A DNA stretch of 32,000 bases from Pseudoalteromonas tetraodonis (GTDB taxonomy: Bacteria > Pseudomonadota > Gammaproteobacteria > Enterobacterales > Alteromonadaceae), in NCBI RefSeq assembly GCF_002310835.1, contig NZ_CP011041.1, positions 3,030,001 through 3,062,000 on the forward strand, in the 5' to 3' direction. This document shows, one piece after another, positions 17,666-26,824 of this stretch; position 1 is the stretch's first letter, and each line of letters opens with the position of its first letter. The notes under the pieces were generated by a model. The model was not told the origin of the DNA, did not search any database, and saw only the letters and a program-made list of their open reading frames with translations. Position numbers and translations under genes: made by a program.

Positions 17666-18934
17666 TTAAACCCCAAAAGCGGTTCTTAGTACGTAGAAAA
17701 TAACAATAGCAAGGGCAGCACCAACTGGCAATGTAATTACCCAAGAAACTACAATATTTCTTATTACACCCATATTAAGTGCGGCAATACCACGTGCCAT
17801 ACCTACACCCAACACGGCACCCACTAGGGTTTGTGTGGTTGAGATAGGTAAGCCTGTGCCCGATGCAATAACAACGGTAGATGCAGCAGCTAATTCAGCA
17901 GCAAAACCACGGCTTGGTGTTAAATGTGTAATTCCTTCACCAATGGTTTTAATTACTTTTTTGCCTAAAATAGCAAGACCGGCAACAATACCTAAACCAC
18001 CCAGTGGTAATATCCACCAAGCAATAGCCGCTTTCTTCGCGATTTCACCATTATTTTCAACAATGTTTACAACAGCAGCTAGTGGTCCAATTGCATTAGC
18101 AACATCATTAGAACCATGAGCAAATGCCATACAACAGGCTGTTAGCACCATAAGTACTGCAAACACTTTTTCTACATTGTTAAACTGCATTTCTCTATCC
18201 GCTTTAGGATCGATATTTAAACGAGAAATCGCAATTTTACCAATAACAGCAACTAGTACCGCTATACCTATAGAAATAGCAAAACCTTCAAAGGTACCTA
18301 AATTAATACCAATGTGCTTTAAGCCTTTTTTAATGGTCACAAGTGCCATAATAAAGCCAGCTAAACCCATGTATATTGGTACAAAGCGCTTGGCATTTTT
18401 AAGTGGAGCGTCTGTATCAAATATCAGCTTTTGCGCACTCATAAATATTAAGTACGCTATAAAACCTGATATCGCCGGCGTTACAATCCAGCTACCTACG
18501 ATACCGGCAACCTTACCCCATTGAATAGCCTCTGTGCCTACTGCAACCAGAGCAAAGCCAATAATAGCGCCAATGATTGAATGAGTCGTCGATACCGGCC
18601 AGCCTAAAAACGAGGCCATTAATAACCAACTGCCCGCGGCAAATAAAGAGGCGATCATACCTAAAATCATCAATTCAGGAATGTCGGCAAATGGGGCCGC
18701 ATCAATAATCCCTTTACGAATTGTTGATGTTACTTCACCACCGGCTAAATAAGCACCTGCAAACTCAAAAATCATCGCGATAAAAATCGCTTGTTTAATG
18801 GTAAGTGCTTTTGAACCTACTGATGTACCCATCGCGTTGGCAACGTCATTTGCGCCAATACCATAAGCCATAAAAAAGCCGACTGCTGCGGCAATTAAAA
18901 TTAATACCGTGCCGTAAGATGCAATGATATCCAT
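17666..18934 (-). CDS. pitA: Inorganic phosphate transporter, PiT family
   Basis: 422 aa and polytopic. Duplicated PiT signature GANDVANA (N-terminal GIGANDVANAMGTSVG, C-terminal HGSNDVANAIGP). Confidence 0.9.
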   Translation of the reverse strand: MDIIASYGTVLILIAAAVGFFMAYGIGANDVANAMGTSVGSKALTIKQAIFIAMIFEFAGAYLAGGEVTSTIRKGIIDAAPFADIPELMILGMIASLFAAGSWLLMASFLGWPVSTTHSIIGAIIGFALVAVGTEAIQWGKVAGIVGSWIVTPAISGFIAYLIFMSAQKLIFDTDAPLKNAKRFVPIYMGLAGFIMALVTIKKGLKHIGINLGTFEGFAISIGIAVLVAVIGKIAISRLNIDPKADREMQFNNVEKVFAVLMVLTACCMAFAHGSNDVANAIGPLAAVVNIVENNGEIAKKAAIAWWILPLGGLGIVAGLAILGKKVIKTIGEGITHLTPSRGFAAELAAASTVVIASGTGLPISTTQTLVGAVLGVGMARGIAALNMGVIRNIVVSWVITLPVGAALAIVIFYVLRTAFGV

Positions 18935-18973
18935 TGTGTAACCTTAATCTTTCGTGTTTGAACTGATTTTAAA

Positions 18974-19648
18974 TTAACGAGCTAACATCAGCTCAAGACG
19001 TGATCCTACGCGCTCTGCAATATCTGCAAGCTCGCCAACCCATTCAATGATTTTGTATAAAAACATTACATCTACTGGATTTAGCTCACTTTCTACTTTA
19101 CGTAGTTGGCGGCGTATTCTAATTTGCATTTCATCCGTGTCTTGTTCTATGGCATCCAATTCTACGAGCATTTTTTCAACCAGAGTAACTTCTCTGCCTT
19201 TAAAGCCCGTTTCTAACAATTCTTCTAATTCATTAATCGCTTTAGATGCTTGTTTTGTTGCATCAACACAACGAGTTACATACGCCAAAAAGTCTTCTTG
19301 AATCTCTTTTGGTATGATCATCTCACGACCAATTACACGCCCAGCAATGTCTTTTGCCTTATTAGCAATTTTGTCTTGTTGGGTTACTAATTCGAGAAGG
19401 TCTGTACGCTCTACCGGCATGAATAATCCGCCAGGTAGTTGTAAGCGTATAGTTCTTTTCATTTCATCGGCTTCACGTTCTAAATTACGAATAGTTAAAC
19501 GTAGCTCTTCAGCTTGTTGCCATTCTTCTTTAAAAACATGATTAAAAAAAGGTATCAAACTTTCGCTTGCTTGATGCGCTTTTCTGATGTGTTCTTCTAT
19601 TGGTTTTATAGGTGATTTTGCAAAAACACCTAAAAAATTTGTTGGCAT
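18974..19648 (-). CDS. DUF47 / TIGR00153-type PhoU-like protein, the accessory partner usually found with PiT transporters
   Basis: All-helical, with an N-terminus of GVFAKSPIKPIEEHI type typical of the family. It sits 40 nt upstream of pitA in the same orientation. I prefer the ATG at 19648 (AAAGGG upstream). The track start at 19666 is a TTG. Confidence 0.8.
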   Translation of the reverse strand: MPTNFLGVFAKSPIKPIEEHIRKAHQASESLIPFFNHVFKEEWQQAEELRLTIRNLEREADEMKRTIRLQLPGGLFMPVERTDLLELVTQQDKIANKAKDIAGRVIGREMIIPKEIQEDFLAYVTRCVDATKQASKAINELEELLETGFKGREVTLVEKMLVELDAIEQDTDEMQIRIRRQLRKVESELNPVDVMFLYKIIEWVGELADIAERVGSRLELMLAR

Positions 19649-19741
19649 AACTGACCCTTTAATCAATTCAATATGCTGTTCAGCGTGAATTTTACAGCAT
19701 TAAGCTAGATTGTGAACGCTTTTTCTCATTCAATTATTTAC

Positions 19742-19773
19742 AAAAAATAAAAAAGGCAGTGTATTACTGCCTT
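19742..19773 (-). terminator. Rho-independent terminator after phoU
   Basis: AAGGCAGT-GTATT-ACTGCCTT. On the minus strand it is followed by TTTTTTATTTTTT. Confidence 0.8.
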
Positions 19774-19798
19774 TCTTATTTTCTAGTTATTCGTATCA

Positions 19799-20500
19799 CT
19801 ACAGTGATTTTTCAATATCTTCTTGAGATGTATGACGAATATCTTTACCGTTTACAAAATAAATGACATATTCAGCGATGTTTTGACAACGATCACCGAT
19901 ACGCTCTAATGAGCGAACAGACCATACTAAATCCATAATTTTTGGAATTGAGCGCGGATCTTCCATCATGTACGTCATTATTTGACGGGTGATAGCTTCA
20001 TACTCTCTATCTACTTTAGCATCCTCTTTATGCACTTCAAATGCACGTTGCACATCCATACGTGCAAATGCATCTAAAACGTCATGCAGCATTTTAGATA
20101 CTTGGCGACCCATATTTTCAATATTTACTAATAAATCTTGTTGATCCTTAGTAAATGAGTCTAGTGCAACTTTAGCAATTCGCTTAGCTTCATCACCAAT
20201 TCGCTCTAAATCAGCAATGGTTTTTGCTATTGCAATTACTAAACGTAAATCACTGGCTGCCGGTTGGCGCTTAGCAATAATACGGGTGCAATCTTCATCA
20301 ATACTGACTTCCATTGCATTAACTTTGTAGTCGTTTTCACGTACTTTTTGTGCCAATACCGCATCGTTTTTGCTAACTGCATCAAGCGCGCTATTAAGTT
20401 GTTGCTCAACCAACCCACCCATACTCAGTACATGGTTTCGCACATCTTCTAACTCTTGGTTAAAACGACCAGAAATATGTTTATTAATGTTGTGTTCCAT
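19799..20500 (-). CDS. phoU: Phosphate signalling complex protein PhoU
   Basis: 233 aa, with HISGRFNQELEDVRNHVLSMGG at the N-terminus and duplicated ExxxD/LERIGD motifs (DLERIGDEAKRIA, SLERIGDRCQNIA). It lies directly downstream of pstB. Confidence 0.93.
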   Translation of the reverse strand: MEHNINKHISGRFNQELEDVRNHVLSMGGLVEQQLNSALDAVSKNDAVLAQKVRENDYKVNAMEVSIDEDCTRIIAKRQPAASDLRLVIAIAKTIADLERIGDEAKRIAKVALDSFTKDQQDLLVNIENMGRQVSKMLHDVLDAFARMDVQRAFEVHKEDAKVDREYEAITRQIMTYMMEDPRSIPKIMDLVWSVRSLERIGDRCQNIAEYVIYFVNGKDIRHTSQEDIEKSL

Positions 20501-20544
20501 AATGACCTTCTTTAATAATTCATTGTTTTAGCGTTTTAACCCGA

Positions 20545-21372
20545 CTAGCCGTAGCGTCCGGTAATATAATCTTCAGTTTTTTTCTTCGTTGGTGTGGTAA
20601 ATAAGGTATTGGTATCTGAATACTCAATGAGCTCACCCATATACATAAACGCGGTTTGATCAGATACCCGCGCTGCTTGTTGCATGTTATGAGTAACAAT
20701 AACCACAGTAAATTTATTCTTTAAATCATTAATTAGTTCTTCAATCACTAGAGTTGAAATCGGGTCGAGTGCTGATGTTGGTTCATCAAGTAATAATACT
20801 TCTGGCTCTATCGCAATTGAGCGAGCAATAACTAAACGCTGCTGCTGACCGCCCGATAAACCGAATGCGCTATCGTGAAGTCTGTCTTTTACTTCATCCC
20901 ATAATGCCGCACCACGTAGCGATTGCTCTACCACTTCATCAAGCTTACGCTTTTCTTTGATCCCTTGCAGGCGAAGACCGTAAACCACATTCTCGTAGAT
21001 TGATTTAGGAAACGGGTTTGGACGCTGAAACACCATGCCAACATTACGACGAAGCGCAGCAACATCTACGCTTTTGTCGTAAATATTTTGCCCGTGCAGC
21101 ATTATTTCGCCTTCTATGCGACAAATATCAACCAAGTCATTCATACGGTTAATACAACGCAGCAAAGTTGACTTACCACAACCCGACGGACCGATAAATG
21201 CCGTTACTTGGCCTTTCGGAATGTTCATATTTACTTTACTCAGTGCTTGTTTATCACCGTAGTAAAGGTCGAGATCTTTAATTTCTAGCGCTTTTTGTTC
21301 GTCTGTTAAATTATTTAAATCTAACTTCAAGCTTGGCTTTGCTTGGTTTACTTTTGGAGCGACTGTAATCAT
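20545..21372 (-). CDS. pstB: Phosphate ABC transporter ATP-binding protein PstB
   Basis: Walker [10 protein letters not shown], signature LSGGQQQR, Walker [12 protein letters not shown], and the PstB-typical C-terminus [10 protein letters not shown]. Confidence 0.95.
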   Translation of the reverse strand: MITVAPKVNQAKPSLKLDLNNLTDEQKALEIKDLDLYYGDKQALSKVNMNIPKGQVTAFIGPSGCGKSTLLRCINRMNDLVDICRIEGEIMLHGQNIYDKSVDVAALRRNVGMVFQRPNPFPKSIYENVVYGLRLQGIKEKRKLDEVVEQSLRGAALWDEVKDRLHDSAFGLSGGQQQRLVIARSIAIEPEVLLLDEPTSALDPISTLVIEELINDLKNKFTVVIVTHNMQQAARVSDQTAFMYMGELIEYSDTNTLFTTPTKKKTEDYITGRYG

Positions 21373-21391
21373 GTTTGTTACCTATACTAAA

Positions 21392-23041
21392 TTAATGCTC
21401 AAGCGATCTGAATTTTTCACGTAAATGGTTGCGTATACCAATGGCGGTGATGTTAAGGGTAATAATAACCGACACTAACAAAAAGGCCGTTGCATATACC
21501 AGCGGACGCGCCGCTTCAACGTTAGGGCTTTGAAAGCCAACATCGTAAATATGAAAACCTAAGTGCATGAACTTTCTATCTAAGTGTATGTAAGGGAAGT
21601 TACCATCAAGCGGCAACGTTGGTGCCATTTTTACCACACCCACCAGCATAAGCGGTGCAACTTCACCCGCAGCACGAGCAACCGCTAAAATTAACCCCGT
21701 CATAATAGCAGGACTGGCCATAGGAATAATGATTCGCCATAACGTTTCTACCTTAGTCGCGCCCAGTGCTAATGAACCATCACGTACTGTGCTTGGAATA
21801 CGAGATAAACCTTCCTCGGTTGACACAATTACCACAGGCAGAGTTAATATAGCCAAGGTGAGTGCCGACCACATCACACCGGGTGTACCAAATACAGGCG
21901 TAGGCGATGATTCTGGGTAAAATAGTTGGTCAACACTGCCACCTACCATATACACAAAGAAACCTAGACCGAATACACCATATACAATTGACGGAACACC
22001 CGCTAAGTTAATAACCGCAATACGGATCATTTTAGTAATTGCGTTTTTAGCTGCATATTCATGCAAATAAATAGCGGCAACCACACCAAATGGCGTCACA
22101 ATCACAGCCATTAACATCACCATGAATACCGTACCAAAGATAGCAGGAAATACACCGCCTTCGGTATTGGCTTCACGTGGGTCATCTGAAACAAACTTGC
22201 CTAACTGCACAAAGTAATGGCCTAGTTTAGCAAAAAAGCCCATATCGTTTGGAAACCATACATCCAACACTTGATAAAGCGGGATAGTAACAATCTCACC
22301 ACGCATATCTTTCACAGTTACTTGGTCACGCTTAGCTTGGTTACGCAGTGCAAATAACTCTTTTTCAAGCTCACCATATTGCGCACGTAAATCAGCACGG
22401 GCTTGAGCAAGTTCAGCTACGCGCTCATCAGTTAGCTCGTTATCAAGCAAATAGGCTTTTTCCTGCAAACGTAAACGCTCTAACTCGTAGTTTATATGAC
22501 CAATATCACCATTTTGTAAATCCAGTGCTTCGTCATTTAAATCAACCGCACGCTCTACAAGATCATGTAATGTTTCAACTTTATCTGTAGTTATTGTTTC
22601 ACCATCTTTAATTACTGATTCTACATAACCGTAAAAGTTACCGTTTTTGCTACGCTCAAATACCGCGAGTGCTTTTGGTGCTGAGCTTTGTGTAATATCA
22701 GTTTCAAGTATCCAGCGAAAGTCTAAATCTACATACTCACGGTTACCGGTTTTAATTAGTAAACGCTCAACCTCGTCTTTTTCAAATTTAGAAACATCAA
22801 TACCGGTTGCCGCTAAACGCGACTTAGGTACTAATTCACGGTCGTAAATTTCACCAATAACGGTTTGTTTAGTAATCGAGCCTTCAAGCTCATATTGCAT
22901 AACTTGAGATGGCCAAAAAAAGCTTAATCCCTTCCATGCAATCATGGCGAGTAAACCAATTACTGAAATTAAACTGATGCTGACGGCACCACCGGTCATC
23001 CAAATCCAAGGAGAACCAGACCTAAACCACTGCTTTACCAT
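21392..23041 (-). CDS. pstA: Phosphate ABC transporter permease PstA, long form with a roughly 260-aa periplasmic insertion
   Basis: The C-terminal core carries the EAA loop ALGATKVETLWRIIIPMASPAIMTGLILAVARAAGEVAPL. After TM1 there is a long hydrophilic segment containing heptad-like acidic/basic helices. The start is either the ATG at 23041 (GGAG 9 nt upstream) or the GTG at 23056 abutting the pstC stop. Confidence 0.88.
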   Translation of the reverse strand: MVKQWFRSGSPWIWMTGGAVSISLISVIGLLAMIAWKGLSFFWPSQVMQYELEGSITKQTVIGEIYDRELVPKSRLAATGIDVSKFEKDEVERLLIKTGNREYVDLDFRWILETDITQSSAPKALAVFERSKNGNFYGYVESVIKDGETITTDKVETLHDLVERAVDLNDEALDLQNGDIGHINYELERLRLQEKAYLLDNELTDERVAELAQARADLRAQYGELEKELFALRNQAKRDQVTVKDMRGEIVTIPLYQVLDVWFPNDMGFFAKLGHYFVQLGKFVSDDPREANTEGGVFPAIFGTVFMVMLMAVIVTPFGVVAAIYLHEYAAKNAITKMIRIAVINLAGVPSIVYGVFGLGFFVYMVGGSVDQLFYPESSPTPVFGTPGVMWSALTLAILTLPVVIVSTEEGLSRIPSTVRDGSLALGATKVETLWRIIIPMASPAIMTGLILAVARAAGEVAPLMLVGVVKMAPTLPLDGNFPYIHLDRKFMHLGFHIYDVGFQSPNVEAARPLVYATAFLLVSVIITLNITAIGIRNHLREKFRSLEH

Positions 23042-23056
23042 GTCGTGTTTCTCCAC

Positions 23057-25291
23057 TTACATTGAGCTATATTTTTCACGCAGCTGCTGACGAACAAATT
23101 CAGCAACTGTGTTGAAAATAAAGGTAAATATGAATAATACAAAGGCGGCTAAGAATAGAATTCGATAATGCGAACTCCCCACTTCCGACTCTGGCATTTC
23201 GACGGCAATATTAGCGGCTAAGGTACGCATACCTTGGAAAATACTCCAATCCATAATCGGCGTATTACCGGTTGCCATCAGTACAATCATGGTTTCGCCT
23301 ACGGCGCGACCTAACCCCATCATAACCGCAGAGAAAATACCTGGGCTAGCCGTTAGTAACACCACGCGAATTAGCGTTTGCCACTGCGTTGCACCTAATG
23401 CTAACGATCCATTGGATAAATGCTTAGGAACGCTGAATACCGCATCTTCCGCAATTGAGAAGATAGTGGGAATAACCGCAAAGCCCATCGCAATACCAAC
23501 CACAAGCGAGTTACGCTGATCGAAAGTCATACCAAGCTCATTGGTTAAGTATTGACGCACATTGCCATCAAACATCCACAGTTCAATACTTTCGCTCATC
23601 GCAAATGACAACCAACCAATAAATAACACCACAGGAATTAATAAAATTGAATGTGAGCCTTCAGGAATTTTATGGCGAATAGCTGCAGGTAATTTAGTCC
23701 AACCTAAAGCGGTTGCTAAAATACCTAATGGCAGTAATACGAGTAAGCCAACAATAGCCGGCAGGTGCTCTTCAATTAAAGGCGCTAACCACAAGCCAGC
23801 TAAAAAGCCGAGTATTACCGTTGGCAAAGCTTCCATTATTTCAACGGTCGGCTTAACTACGCGACGTAATTCGCTCGACATAAAGTAAGCGGTGTAAATA
23901 GCGGCTGAAATAGCAATAGGCACAGCAAATAACATTGCATACATAGCAGCCTTTAAAGTACCAAATGAAATTGGTACCAGTGAGAACTTAGATTCAAAAT
24001 CATCACTTGCAGACGTTGATTGCCAAATATAACCCGGCTCAGGGTAACCCTCGTACCATACTTCTTGCCAAAGCGCTGACCACGTAACTTCTGGGTGTTC
24101 GTTATGAATTTCTAATACCGTTAGCTTGTTATCAGCCAAAATCAACGCGGCATTTGAACGCGGAGCAATAGCAAACTGTTCAATTGCACCGTCACTGACT
24201 TTACCTTGCCACAACTTTGCTTCACTGGTTGTGTAATAAACACCTAGCTCACCATTTTGACCAGTTGTAAAAAAGGTACGGCGGTAGAATTCAGTAAAAA
24301 CATTGAGCTTACTTTGCTTAGTGGTTTCAAACGAACGAATTTTTTGAAACTCGCGACCTGAGTCAGTGTTTACTTCAAACCACTGCGATATTTCACCATT
24401 ATCATTGGCCAGCATCAGGGAGTTAGCACCAGCTAATAATTGTGATGACACAATATTAGCGTTTTCTTCGTTGGCAGATAATAATTGGATTTGCTCTACT
24501 TCACTTGGGTAGCGAGTATCGAATACGTAAATTTGATTAGCAGAGCGAACAAATGTGCGGGTGGTATCCGGCGACATTAATAACTCATCTACGCGACCAT
24601 CAACGTTCAATTCGGTACGTTCAACTTGCCATTCGACTTCACCGGTAAACATATTTTCTTCGGCTACAAAGCTGCTAAATACCACACGTTTATCGGCGGT
24701 AAGTGCCACAACGGCTGTTTTGTCCTCATAATGGCTAAAGGCAAAACGCTTAATAGCAGCACCTTGTTCATCAACTTCTAACGCCATCTCACCCAATGGA
24801 TAACCTAAACGCGGGCTTAATTTACGTTCATTATTAGGGAAGGTGACTAAAAACTTAGGCGCAACAATAGTCACGGTGCCATTTTCTAAGCCATACGCAT
24901 AATGACCTTGAAAAGGAGCACTATTTGCAAAGCTGGTTACCTTCGCAGGTAAAGTGGCATTAAGTGTTTTTAGTTTTTTACCAAAGTTTGCTTTATCAAC
25001 ACTATAGAAGTTAACTTGACCTTGATTATCAAGTAAGTAAGCAACCTCAGTTTGCTCTTCAACACCAAGCCCAACTATTTGCTCAGCATTAGCAACATTA
25101 AAGCTAGCGCGCTTTTCAACTTTAGCTGACTCGAAAATAGGCTGCACTACATAAAGAAGGTAAAAAAAGATCAATAGCAGTGCTATTAATACCATTATAC
25201 CGCCTGCGGTTATGCCAAACTTAGCAAACCGGTCTTTAAATAGACGGCTTCGATCCGTATTAAAAGTCGGTTTATTCGGATTTGAAGTCAT
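23057..25291 (-). CDS. pstC: Phosphate ABC transporter permease PstC, long form with a roughly 390-aa periplasmic insertion
   Basis: The C-terminal ~300 aa form a PstC core with the EAA loop ALGATQWQTLIRVVLLTASPGIFSAVMMGLGRAVGETM. I place the start at the ATG at 25291 (AAGGG upstream) because the track's ATG at 25324 overlaps the predicted -10 box. Confidence 0.88.
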   Translation of the reverse strand: MTSNPNKPTFNTDRSRLFKDRFAKFGITAGGIMVLIALLLIFFYLLYVVQPIFESAKVEKRASFNVANAEQIVGLGVEEQTEVAYLLDNQGQVNFYSVDKANFGKKLKTLNATLPAKVTSFANSAPFQGHYAYGLENGTVTIVAPKFLVTFPNNERKLSPRLGYPLGEMALEVDEQGAAIKRFAFSHYEDKTAVVALTADKRVVFSSFVAEENMFTGEVEWQVERTELNVDGRVDELLMSPDTTRTFVRSANQIYVFDTRYPSEVEQIQLLSANEENANIVSSQLLAGANSLMLANDNGEISQWFEVNTDSGREFQKIRSFETTKQSKLNVFTEFYRRTFFTTGQNGELGVYYTTSEAKLWQGKVSDGAIEQFAIAPRSNAALILADNKLTVLEIHNEHPEVTWSALWQEVWYEGYPEPGYIWQSTSASDDFESKFSLVPISFGTLKAAMYAMLFAVPIAISAAIYTAYFMSSELRRVVKPTVEIMEALPTVILGFLAGLWLAPLIEEHLPAIVGLLVLLPLGILATALGWTKLPAAIRHKIPEGSHSILLIPVVLFIGWLSFAMSESIELWMFDGNVRQYLTNELGMTFDQRNSLVVGIAMGFAVIPTIFSIAEDAVFSVPKHLSNGSLALGATQWQTLIRVVLLTASPGIFSAVMMGLGRAVGETMIVLMATGNTPIMDWSIFQGMRTLAANIAVEMPESEVGSSHYRILFLAAFVLFIFTFIFNTVAEFVRQQLREKYSSM

Positions 25292-25322
25292 CAAAACACC
25301 CTTATATCTTAACGTTGGGCGC

Positions 25323-25356
25323 ATTATATTTCATCAAAGTGACAGTAATGTTACAG
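25323..25356 (-). promoter_or_regulatory. Pho box (PhoB binding site) plus -10 hexamer of the pst operon
   Basis: The minus strand reads CTGTAAC-ATTA-CTGTCAC (complement of 25339-25356), then 10 nt, then TATAAT (complement of 25323-25328). Two 7-mers at 11-bp spacing replace the -35, as in the E. coli Pho box consensus CTGTCAT-A(A/T)A(T/A)-CTGTCA(C/T). Confidence 0.8.
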
Positions 25357-25647
25357 TCGTAATAATTCTTTACTGGAACCACAAAATAATATTAAAGTAT
25401 TGTTTTATTAAATAATTGTATTTATTTATGTGTTATTAATAAACTAAATCAATTATTAATTGGACAAACTATTTATCCAAGACAATACTCAATGGGCATC
25501 TAATATAACAATAATAAAGTAACCTATTAAGATATAACAATCCTTTTGTGGTTAGCTTTTACATACATTAAGAATCACATACATTAGATCGCATCACTTA
25601 ATGCCTATGCATTTATTTTTTCATTTGGGCTTAAAAAGAGAACTATT

Positions 25648-26154
25648 ATGAAGCAGTTGGTAATAACCATTTTAGGGGAAGATCGCCCCGGTTTAGTAGA
25701 AAGTATTTCATCGGTTATATTGGAAAACCACGGTAATTGGTTAAGCAGTAATTTAAGTCATTTGCTTGGCCACTTTGCTGGCATTATACAAGTTGAGGTG
25801 GCTGAAGAGCATTTACAGGCATTTCAAGATGCGCTTAATGGGCTTCCTAAATTAGATGTCCGTATAGAAAAAGGCAACACCGAAATTGAGCCTGTTGAAC
25901 TCGAGCAGCTTAATTTTGTGATCACCGGGAACGATCGCCCTGGTATAGTCCAGGAGTTGGCAAGTGTTATTCGTCATAAAGGCGCTAATATTACGAACTT
26001 AAACTCAAGGCAGCAAAGTGCGCCAAACTGGGGGGTGCCAATTTTTAGTGCCGTTGCCACCGTTAGCCTGCCTAATGGGCTTAACAAAGACGAAGTAATT
26101 AACGCTCTTGAGTCAATTACGAGTGACTTAGTGGTTGATGTAGAGCAAAGTTAA
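25648..26154 (+). CDS. Tandem ACT-domain protein, GcvR family
   Basis: Two ACT-type repeats begin LVITILGEDRPGLVESIS and FVITGNDRPGIVQELA, the same architecture as E. coli GcvR. Confidence 0.75.
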   Translation: MKQLVITILGEDRPGLVESISSVILENHGNWLSSNLSHLLGHFAGIIQVEVAEEHLQAFQDALNGLPKLDVRIEKGNTEIEPVELEQLNFVITGNDRPGIVQELASVIRHKGANITNLNSRQQSAPNWGVPIFSAVATVSLPNGLNKDEVINALESITSDLVVDVEQS

Positions 26155-26176
26155 ATGTGCTCTATTATTTTACACA

Positions 26177-26207
26177 CGAAAAAGGCGCTTATTACAGCGC
26201 CTTTTTT
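26177..26207. terminator. Bidirectional rho-independent terminator
   Basis: AAAAAGGCGCT-TATTAC-AGCGCCTTTTTT lies between convergent genes. Confidence 0.8.
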
Positions 26208-26224
26208 ATGCGTAACACTTGTTG

Positions 26225-26680
26225 CTACATATCTGCATGACGATTAATGCTTTGTATCATTTGCCTTAATCCTTGCTCTTCAAGTTGCAACAGCTCACTT
26301 AGTTTTTCTTGAGCCTCAGGTGATTGTGCTTTATCAGCCAAATAACTATATGCGTTCAATACTTTTTGATGCTGCTTTGATAAATATTCTTGAATTACTT
26401 GCTCATCTAACTGGTTACTGCGATCTAAATCAGTAAAGTTAATAATTTCTGAGTGCTCTGAAAAATACTCATAACAATACGTATCTAATGTGTTTATTTG
26501 CGTGATGGCTTTAAAGCCAATTAAATCCTCAGCGAGCTTTTTTTCATACTCAACACAATAATCAATTAGCTGTTTGTTATGCTCCCCGAGTAGGTCCTTT
26601 ACACTAAAAAAATTAGCGGCCATTTGTGTGTGAAATTGAACTGTCCAATCGAACACTTCTTGGATTGTTTTAACTTGCAT
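26225..26680 (-). CDS. Hypothetical acidic, predicted all-helical protein (151 aa)
   Basis: An ORF with AAGGAA 6 nt upstream of the ATG and a terminator downstream. I recognise no motif. It has no TM segment and no signal peptide. Confidence 0.55.
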   Translation of the reverse strand: MQVKTIQEVFDWTVQFHTQMAANFFSVKDLLGEHNKQLIDYCVEYEKKLAEDLIGFKAITQINTLDTYCYEYFSEHSEIINFTDLDRSNQLDEQVIQEYLSKQHQKVLNAYSYLADKAQSPEAQEKLSELLQLEEQGLRQMIQSINRHADM

Positions 26681-26774
26681 GTGCGTTCCTTACTATTTAA
26701 CCCTAATGATTAAATAGATGCGTGAATCATGCCAACAAAAAACACAATAAAATCAGCAGGTAAAGTAAGGATGG

Positions 26775-26808
26775 GTAACTTGTACTGATTTTTTACAGTA
26801 CAAGTTAC
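26775..26808 (-). other. Perfect 13-bp inverted repeat 17 nt after the cusA stop (terminator-like hairpin or operator)
   Basis: GTAACTTGTACTG-N8-CAGTACAAGTTAC. There is no clean U-tract on either strand. Confidence 0.5.
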
Positions 26809-26824
26809 ACAACCAGTGTAAAAA

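Noticed and set aside
19667-19741. A possible Pho box upstream of the DUF47-pitA pair (CTGTAAAATTCACGCTGAAC on the minus strand).
   Set aside because: The second half-site is out of register with the 11-bp Pho box periodicity. Only the first heptamer resembles the consensus.
25360-25647. A very AT-rich 290-bp spacer between divergent pstC and the ACT-domain gene, with a short direct repeat ACATACATTA (two copies).
   Set aside because: The repeat is short and only duplicated, and it lies in DNA where such matches are expected by chance. The region is adequately explained as two divergent promoter regions.
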